From positions 11,437,180-11,501,179 of the forward strand of contig CM119271.1 of assembly GCA_051294375.1 (NCBI GenBank): DNA of 64,000 bases, written 5' to 3'. Positions 63,988-64,000 of the stretch are shown here, piece after piece; the stretch's first letter is position 1; each line of letters starts with the position of its first letter. Origin of the DNA: Paraspadella gotoi (Eukaryota; Animalia; Chaetognatha). Position numbers and translations under genes: made by a program. The notes under the pieces were generated by a model. That model searched no databases, was not told the DNA's origin, and was given only the letters and a program-made list of their open reading frames with translations.

Positions 63988-64000
63988 GTGATTGGGTGGG

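Overview
AT-rich animal (invertebrate-type) genomic DNA with GT-AG introns, many (GA)n/(GAC)n microsatellites, and N gaps after 31.8 kb. Bases ~18-16146 are two head-to-tail copies of an ~8.1-kb unit. Each copy holds a minus-strand, five-exon ionotropic glutamate receptor/IR-type gene with no visible amino-terminal domain, and six tRNA genes (Arg, Asn, Leu, Glu, intron-containing Tyr, Asp) sit inside its last intron. Copy 2 is intact; copy 1 is full of 1-bp indels and may be an assembly artefact. 16.3-28.3 kb is a cluster of intronless C2H2 zinc-finger genes without recognisable effector domains: one has a TGA in a TGEKP linker, one is decayed, and one carries a homogenised 84-bp finger array. 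Further along are a two-exon CD225/dispanin (PRRT1-like) gene and a gapped repeat-rich region. After that come a spliced extracellular Cu/Zn-SOD (SOD3)-like gene that has lost almost all metal ligands, a possible SIMPL/IRAK1BP1-like exon, and a BH3-motif (Bcl-2 family) gene at the right edge. All calls come from manual reading and translation; no database searches were run.
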